A stretch of 38,531 nucleotides of DNA, from the NCBI GenBank assembly GCA_002256025.1, contig NKIB01015057.1, positions 1 to 38,531 of the forward strand, given 5' to 3'. Position 1 is the first letter of the stretch; every line of letters starts with the position of its first letter. Below the pieces are notes generated by a model. That model was given only the letters and a program-made list of their open reading frames with translations. It did no database searches and was not told the DNA's origin. The translations under genes and the position numbers were made by a program. Below are positions 33,177-38,531 of this stretch, one piece after another. This stretch comes from Asterionella formosa (taxonomy: Eukaryota).

Positions 33177-34131
33177 GGTGTTCCATGTCAATGTTGTCAT
33201 CACATCATTGGTAGTCCGGCAATGGCTTCTTCCATGTGTATGTTATTGTCACATCATCTCTGTTTTTACCGATTTTCATTTGTGTTGAGTTCATGAATTA
33301 TCATGACAACGAGCTTTTTGAGCATCAAAGCGACAAGGAATGGAATGCACAGAGGTTGTGCAGGCCCTGCACAACCTCTCAATTGTTGCTGAGATGGGTC
33401 GCCGACTCCTGTATTTCCAAAGAACAGTAATGTCTTTTATTTCCTGGACAAAGATGTTTCAAAGCGATTTTTAGAGGGTGCAAGGAGGCACTGACAAGGA
33501 ACAGGCAATGATGTGCGTGATGAATGAAGTGTCAAAACGAATTGATTCGATTTGTTCACAAGGAAAAGGACAATAAAAGTTGGACATGACAACAGTATCT
33601 AGAATCTTGCTATCATTGTTGAAACATCCTCCACATTGATGAACCATGGACGATGAAATTGAAGGCTTGCATACAATATAGCAGAACAAATCACTTCACT
33701 ACAATGCGGTCCACAATGGGGAACTACAAAGTGGGGAAAAATGTCTCTCCAGTTTGGCTAGATTATCTGTCTCATCTTCTTAAAAACTTGGGCCAACAAT
33801 TTAATCTTTGTTTTGCACCCCACCTCACATGGGCCATGGAGCACAATGAAGATGAACCTAGAAATAGACCAGTACTAATGCGCAATAAAAATGATGAATA
33901 TATAGTAGAGTGCATTTCATGCTGACATTTTCGAGATACTGGAACTACAACAAATGATGTGTCAATTTGATGACAAAATTGATGTTCTAGATAATGCATC
34001 CAACTTATACGCTTGTTTACCTATTCGATAAGTGATCAGGGAATTCCAAGCAGCAACCTGATGGATTGAATTCGTTTACTATGAATGAATAGAAGCTGTG
34101 GTGACAAGTATTTCATGATCCACTCAACCAT

Positions 34132-34189
34132 CCTTGAACAGGGACCTTGAACAGGGACCTTGAACAGAGACCTTGAACAGGGACCTTGA
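34132..34189. repeat. 13-bp minisatellite (CCTTGAACAGGGA) x4.5
   Basis: Four full units, one with a G>A change, plus a partial unit. Confidence 0.95.
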
Positions 34190-34825
34190 TTTCCCAGGAT
34201 ATATAACCCACAACTGCAAGATTGAATTTAGTCACTGCCTTACAATTAACTCACCGCTATTTGACATGTGAATATGTGTGTGAAACTTGATACGATTTTA
34301 TGATTTGAAGCGAGTAAAAGTGTAATAGAGTAAGGCGGGGAACCATTATAACTTGGCTCCCATGTTCTAGATGGCAACAGATGGAGATATGAGAGGTCAA
34401 TCTATTAAATAAATTCACATTAAATGTTTAATGAATTGGTTCTCGAATAAACACTAAACCCAAGCTAGAATGTAGTCAGCGCAAATCGTTGCTGTGTGAA
34501 TATCTTAACAATCGATGAAGCAATGAGGGAACAACAGCTCCCTCATCTCGATGCCATGAATCGGCTACGAAGTTAAGGAGCGCTTCGCGTCGCTTCACTT
34601 TAGTGGATACTCGATGCAGCTTTCGTCGTAGTTGAAATCGAAAATACTAGATTCCTGCACAATGTCATGACGCAATAATACAAGAATATGATGCATTGGT
34701 ATAGGTGCTCCATGATTTACTGTGAATCCCGCATAAAGAATGGAGGAAGCAATAATATAACTGCTCGCTTTGCAAAAAGCAGATTGGGAACCTTATGTTT
34801 ATGCCAACATTCCCTCGGTAGAACG

Positions 34826-35323
34826 TCATACTCCTTCCCTCGACACAAATGCAATGATAGCTGGGGGGTTTGCGCAAACTAACCCTTGCAGTGGCCCAAA
34901 GAGCTTTGGACTACCCTTCACCTGAATCGCCTTCAACTCTTCCCACGTAAACGACTCCCATCCTTCGCACTTGTTTGGCTCCATATTTTTTGGTCGTTTC
35001 TCATGCAAGGTACAGTCGCCCATCATAAATATTGTAACATAGTGCTTATCTTCTGATTCCATGATATCATTGGTGACGTGTCCAAGCTTGAGATGAGTTA
35101 TAGAAATTCCCATTTCTTCTTGTACTTCTCGTTTCGCACACTCCTCCCATGACTCCATCCATTCCAGATGCCCACCAGGGAGAGCCAACGATCCTGCACC
35201 ATGGGAACCCTTGCGGATACCAGCAAAGAATTTGCCTGGATCTTGGGGATCTTTGACAATGACGCCGACGCCAACGCGAACATGTTTCTTGGACGGTTGA
35301 GACGATAAATCAGAGGCAGGCAT
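34826..35323 (-). CDS. Nudix hydrolase, NUDT15/MTH2 (plant NUDT1)-like
   Basis: RVGVGVIV, RKGSHGAG, Nudix box GGHLEWMESWEECAKREVQEEMGI, KHYVTIFM and NMEPNKCEGW motifs; 165 aa. Confidence 0.92.
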   Translation of the reverse strand: MPASDLSSQPSKKHVRVGVGVIVKDPQDPGKFFAGIRKGSHGAGSLALPGGHLEWMESWEECAKREVQEEMGISITHLKLGHVTNDIMESEDKHYVTIFMMGDCTLHEKRPKNMEPNKCEGWESFTWEELKAIQVKGSPKLFGPLQGLVCANPPAIIAFVSREGV

Positions 35324-36172
35324 GATGCTTGGGTTGTTCTGTTAAGAATGCAATACTAATCTAGTAATAAGGATAATTATAAATGTGGTATACCAGTCCT
35401 TGGCTGCTTCGAGCTATTACTATGGTGCCAGGGTAGAAATATCAAAAGTACCGGTATTACAATTTAGCCTGCCGTTGATACTGGCGAGTACTAAGCTAAA
35501 GCTTCGTTTCTCTCATACTCAGATATCGCTTTCTCTACTCTTATTAGGCAATTTCTACTAGTCTAGTACGAATTACCGTAGTGCTCTATACTTTTGTCAC
35601 GCGTGTACAAGCGTTAGGATTGAAGACAATGCATGTGAATTCGATTGCGAGACGACCAATTCGAACCAAATGTACTACCGGTACAGGTGTACGAACATAC
35701 TTTTGTTAGTCGACCGGATGTCCGGAGTCGTGATCGAGCATTGCTGGAGCAATACCCTTCTCGGTGGCTACACACACATGTACGAGGCTGGGATGGCACT
35801 CGTAGGGTGACCTTCTCGCAGCGCCGGATACTCGCAGGCATGAGACCACCTCGTGCGGGTATTGCCTTCAGCAATACCGGTAGCTCAGGTCGGCTTAACC
35901 CTAGTTTGGAGAATATATCGCTAGGGTTGTAAAAACGGCGTGGAACAGAGAGTTTCCTACTATGAATCCCCATGATTCAAGTGTCCATTTGAATATTTGA
36001 ATTAAAAAGGAATCGGTGCCAGACTGATAGAATTCCATTTGAAAAAAAATGATATTTAAACATTAATACTATATCTCCATTGCTGAATGTAGACACTCAT
36101 AATTCCTAAACTTGGAATTGCTTGTCTATATAGCCTAAAAAACAAAAACAAAAACAAACCACACGAAGCACC

Positions 36173-38127
36173 ATGATGCTTCAACCAGCCAATCAGCTCG
36201 TTGCCACAGCCCCCGCCACCAGCAACCACCAAAACCCAATGCACAAATGTTACCAGACGCTCCACAACTTGTTTCACACATCCAACCTCACTGCAGCTCA
36301 AAAAGCTACCCTACAAACAAGTCTTGTCAATGCATCCTACCAACCAAACGAGACTACACCAAGACACCCTGATGGAACCTACAACCTGGACCACCCTTTT
36401 GCATCTTTTTTCCAAGCTCCAACACTTGAAGAAAAAACCGAATTCCTTCGTCATGCCAAAGCCATCCTTGTCATCACCCATGACAACAACTACTGTCTCC
36501 TCCGCAAACCCATCCTCTCTCCTGATGGACTAAGTGGAGTAGGAACTTGTGGCCACATTGACACAGTTGACACACAAGTCACATACACTTTCCAAGTCAT
36601 TGACCTCATTTCCAATGTCATTGCCCTAGCCCCAGGAGCCTTGTCTTTGCTCATGCAACCACACCATGTCGATGAAGGCTCAGCTTTTGATGGTCACATC
36701 CCAAAGGGTACAAAATTCAAACTACAGAAATCACCAACCAGCCCTCCAACCCCAATGGTTGGCCAGGATACCAATCTGCCTCTGATACCCCTGATGCAGT
36801 AGAACTCCATGATCTTGAAGGCTTGTTTGGTTCTATTCCAACCATAGCCATTTTAGATGCTCCACCTACATTCCCACCTGAAGGAACACTAGATGATGAC
36901 GATTTCATCTCTAACCTTGATGGCCAACACCCTTTCCTCCACTATCTTGTGGCAGCCTGGCGTTACCTCCATGAACATACCAAGGGGACCTCCCTGCACA
37001 TCGAGAACCCTATCCTTCCTGTAAAACACAAGTATGTGAAATGGTCCCAACAAAACCCCAACAAACCTCCAGCCTCCACACAAACGAAACCGCCCCCTCT
37101 GTCCTTCATACCACAGCAAAAACAAAATGGCTCACTCTTCTCTGCCAAACCATGGCAGACTGGATCGGCAAATCCGCTTCTACCCGACAAGCCATCTAAG
37201 AGAGCACATTTGACAACATTTCCAACGACCCTTTGGTGGAATTCTACCCCAGCACCAAAACAACCAACACAGACAATCTCAATGAAACAGGAGCTGGAGA
37301 GGATACACCCCATCCACCAACCACCACACCAACAATGTTGCCACTCCTCACACTACCAATCCCAAGAAAAAAGATTCTCATTCTACCTCCACTGCCACAT
37401 CTCGCACCCCCCCCCCAACCAGTCCACATTCCAAACTGACACATCAGATTCCGTAATTTCTGACCCGGAGGACGATATTGTGGAATACACTGGTCACAAC
37501 CCAGCACCGGTTGACCCATATTCATTCCAACAGACCTACCAAACACCAGCAACCCCAACCCAAAAATTGGTGCAGGAAGATCCACCTTTTCAACACAGAG
37601 GATTCCCGTACTACCCAACATCCTATCCAACAGCACCTCCCCCAACAGTCACTCCAACACATCAACTTCACCCTTCCAACCACGTCTCCCAGCAATGAAA
37701 CTACCCACAACCATTACATTACACCGAGACCAACACCAACAACTACCACCAACCAGCCCCGAGGCTCTCTGGAATACCCATCCCCCTCAATCCCCAAGTC
37801 AACAATGCTTCTTATCATACCGCAAACCATGATGACCACCATAAAATAGCGTACCAGCAAGCCTTGGAAAACCTCCACTACCAGTTTGGAGTCCCATACC
37901 AGCTGGCAGATACTCCACAACAACTACTATTCCACCCGAATCACACCCCTATGCCAAACAGCGCCCCCATGACTAACCCCGTCCCTACTGAAGCTCTTTT
38001 TGGCCAGCAATACCAAAATCAACCAGCAAACATCCAAAACCAACTGGACAGGCTTGCAACATATAATGTCTTCGCATTCCGCCGAGCAGACAACCAACCT
38101 TGTAACCCAAACAATCGAGGGTACATC
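36173..38127 (+). pseudogene. Frameshifted long ORF with C/A-rich strand bias and a P/Q/T-rich tail, possibly the ORF1 of a retroelement
   Basis: Successive ORF pieces 36173-36802, 36823-37698 and 37864-38130 share a strong compositional skew like the LINE coding strand. No recognisable domain. Confidence 0.4.
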
Positions 38128-38149
38128 TAAGACGCCGTTTACGGCACTT

Positions 38150-38312
38150 TTTCAAATTTATGTCTAAAGTGACGTATTTATGCTACTTTTCTAAAATATT
38201 ATGCTACTTTTTTGGGAATTTATTTGGGTCAAACCAAAATTTATGTGTTCTAAAACAAAATTTATTCTACTTATCTAAAAATTATGTGATCAAACCAATA
38301 ATTATGTGAGTT
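38150..38312. repeat. Degenerate 20-21-bp periodic array (AAATTTATG core)
   Basis: TTAT cores at about 38158, 38178, 38199, 38220, 38241, 38262, 38282 and 38302. Confidence 0.7.
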
Positions 38313-38531
38313 CGCAACAATTTTTTTTTCCAACTAGCCCTCATAACGGTATAATGGCGAAATTACGCCACTTCACGGCAATATTATGTCGGTCTCACCA
38401 CATGATTAAGTAAAGAGTACCTAATTTCGATTCAATTATTATTATTTCCTCTATCACATTTTCCCTTGATATCGACTCCCAAAGAACAAACAGCACAAGC
38501 AGTTGTTGGCGCCGATATCCGCATCCACAAA

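Noticed and set aside
35895..35930. AACCCTAG...CTAGGGTT inverted repeat after TTAA (piggyBac-like end or telomere-like)
   Set aside because: Only 8-bp arms, with no tandem telomeric units and no linked transposase.

Overview
Eukaryotic, AT-rich window, most likely from a diatom or related stramenopile (inferred from the CoDi-type copia and diatom-style LINE/piggyBac remnants). It holds four intact, apparently intronless host genes: a MECR-like enoyl-thioester reductase, the ALG6 glucosyltransferase, a small At2g23090/ZNF706-like zinc protein and a NUDT15-like Nudix hydrolase. These sit among decayed transposons. The clearest structure is a three-level nest: a piggyBac-like transposase remnant is split by a 5'-truncated RNase H-bearing LINE (18-bp TSD), which is split by a near full-length CoDi-type copia (LTRs 9155-9352 and 15208-15441, TSD AATAG). 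Also present are two more copia remnants, two internally deleted Gypsy elements of one family, a pogo-like element with a convergent second ORF, a long-TIR MITE, several tandem repeats and a 383-bp assembly gap. The most unusual signal is the palindrome TACCGGTA, found 13 times by eye against about 0.5 expected. It and its variants lie outside the host CDSs and the large copia, often upstream of genes or at element junctions. All alignments and counts were made by eye.
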